Shown here: piece after piece, positions 62,252 to 64,000 of the stretch
Position numbering within the stretch: the stretch's first letter is position 1
Layout: each line of letters starts with the position of its first letter
Assembly: GCA_963818475.1 (NCBI GenBank)
Contig: CAWFSF010000006.1
Span: forward strand, 2,240,001 to 2,304,000
DNA: 64,000 nt
DNA from: Nitrospirota bacterium
GTDB taxonomy: Bacteria; Nitrospirota; UBA9217
Direction: 5' to 3'
The notes under the pieces: model-generated
What the model was told of the DNA's origin: nothing
The model's input: the letters and a program-made list of their open reading frames with translations, nothing else
The model's database searches: none
Made by a program: the position numbers and the translations under genes

Positions 62252-64000
62252 CTACACTTCGATCTTAATGTGTTTAATGGTCCCGATTTCATGTGACCGC
62301 GTGATCGTCATCCCGGACGAGAACAATTGCTTCTCGGCCGTGATCACTTCCTTCTTCATGATCGTAGCGGATGCCAGCGACAGGTCAACATCCGTTCCGG
62401 CAAGGGGCGACTTGTTCACGCGGCCAGCACGCACCAACGGCAAGACCGGCATACAGCGGTACCGTGGACCGGATCTCCGCAATGATGTCCCGCACGGATC
62501 CATAGGTCAGGGACCCGCCCATCTTCTTCGCAATCTCCGCGAGGATCTCCCAGTCAGGACGCGATTCCCCGTAGGGCTCTTCAGCGCGGTTGATCTGCTG
62601 GAGGCGGCGCTCAAGGTTCGTGAACGTTCCGCTCTTTTCCACATAGCTTGCCGCCGGCAGCACCACATCGGCCATCTGCGCCGTCTCGGTCATAAAAATG
62701 TCCTGCACCACGAGGAAATCGAGCTTCGCAAGCACCGGTTTGAGGCCCGGGTCGCTTCCGATCGGATCGTCGCCCATGATATAGAGGGCATGCAGTTTGC
62801 CGGAGGCCATCGCGTCGACCATCTCCACAGCGTTTTTGCCGGCCGTCTCGGGCAGGACCGCGTTCCAGGAACCGGCAAGCGAGGCCGTCGTATCAGCACT
62901 GACCTTCCGGTATCCGGGATAATAATCCGGAAGCACTCCCATATCGAGCGCACCCTGGAAGTTGCTGCGCCGTACGATGGGATAATAGGTAACATTCTTC
63001 AGAAGACCGGCAAGCTCCTTGATCCGGCTGAAATCCGCGTCCGTGAGCTTCGACGGTACGATGACCGCCACGCTTCCGGCACCTTTCAGGACCGCTGCAG
63101 CATGCTGTGCCTCGCTGCTGCCCTGTCCGGCAGACAACGCCCTGACCAGGTCGCCCAGCGCCGCCTCGGTGCTTTGGGGGATCACGACCGAAGCAAGCTT
63201 GTTGAATTTATTAATTCCGTCGTTCACCAGGACCAGCGTGCGGCCTTTTCGATTGACGGCGCGGACGATCTCAATGCCGGTGAGCGGGTTGATATCGCCG
63301 ACTTCCTTGTCGAGCACCAGGATAACATCGTTAGTGCCCATCTGGCCGAGTTCACCGCTGAAGAACGCCGTATCGAGTCCTTTCGGCGCCTTGAGCCTCG
63401 CCAGCAGATCCACATTGTTCGTGCCCACGATCGTGCGCATGAACTTCTGGAACACATAATGGTCCTCGTTCGTGGTCCGGACGGACCCGAGACCGCCGAT
63501 GCTGTCAGCCCCGCTCTTGCCCTTGATCACGTTGAGGTTCGTGGCCACCACTGCCAGCGCCTCTTCCCAGGTGCAGTCAACGAGCTCATTGCCCACGCGC
63601 ATCTTCGGCGTAGTGAGCCGGTCTTTGTGATGGACCGCGTCCCAGCCGAACCGCCCCTTGGCGCAGAGATAATTGTCCTTCCCCGGGCTCACCCGCATGA
63701 TCCTGCTGTCGCGGGTCTCAAGCGTGGTGGTGCAGCCGCAGCCGCAGTAGTTGCAGACGGATTTCGTCCCCTCCAGGTTCCAGGACCGGGCCTTATACTT
63801 GAACTGGCGCGTCGTGAGCGCTCCCACCGGGCAGATCTCGACGCATTCGCCGCAGAACTCGCAGTCCAGCGGCCGGTCGAAATCGGTGCTGATCCGCGCC
63901 TTGGTGCCGCGGCGGGTGAATGCCCACTCGCCTACGCCGTTCTGTTCATCGCAGATCCTGACGCATTTGCCGCAAAGGATGCAGCGGCTGATATTGCGTT
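62252..64000 (-). CDS. nuoG: NuoG-like Fe-S / molybdopterin-oxidoreductase-fold subunit, 5' end off the window; probable indel near 62420
   Basis: CILCGKCVRIC, CEFCGECVEICPVGAL, CNYCGCGC...LCAKGRFG and ADVVLPAA...EKSGTFTNLERR. Lies directly upstream of nuoH. Confidence 0.85.

Noticed and set aside
62252-64000. Formate dehydrogenase alpha subunit
   Set aside because: The fold is related, but no catalytic Cys/Sec-His motif was seen (VDLLARLK at the equivalent region) and the gene lies directly upstream of nuoH.

Overview
Ordinary chromosomal DNA from a GC-rich Gram-negative anaerobe. The gene set (split glutamate synthase, MoeA pair, DVU0298-like and Sfum_1244-like proteins, nuoG-N, pilMNOPQ) suggests Nitrospirota or Desulfobacterota; this is inference only. 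Most genes are on the minus strand. From left to right: cpoB/pal; a ~16 kb block rich in signalling genes (group-2 sigma factor, two stand-alone receivers, NarL-type regulator with a large multi-PAS/GAF kinase, YyaL, kinase-receiver-diguanylate cyclase); tolB-A-R-Q; two moeA; trxB-like; clpB-hspR-dnaJ with a HAIR-like operator; Ig-like lipoproteins plus pilQPONM; yjgR; glgC; a third GGDEF protein; a three-gene glutamate synthase; and nuoG-N. No rRNA, tRNA, CRISPR array or transposase was seen. Many housekeeping genes carry small frameshifts, most likely long-read indel errors. The most unusual signal is non-coding. Many gene junctions inside operons hold short spacers with 7-nt periodicity, often with mirror symmetry. 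Three copies of about 120-130 bp share the same segmental architecture despite divergent sequence, and there are further variants with different heptamer units. All product calls come from motif recognition by eye; no database search was run.
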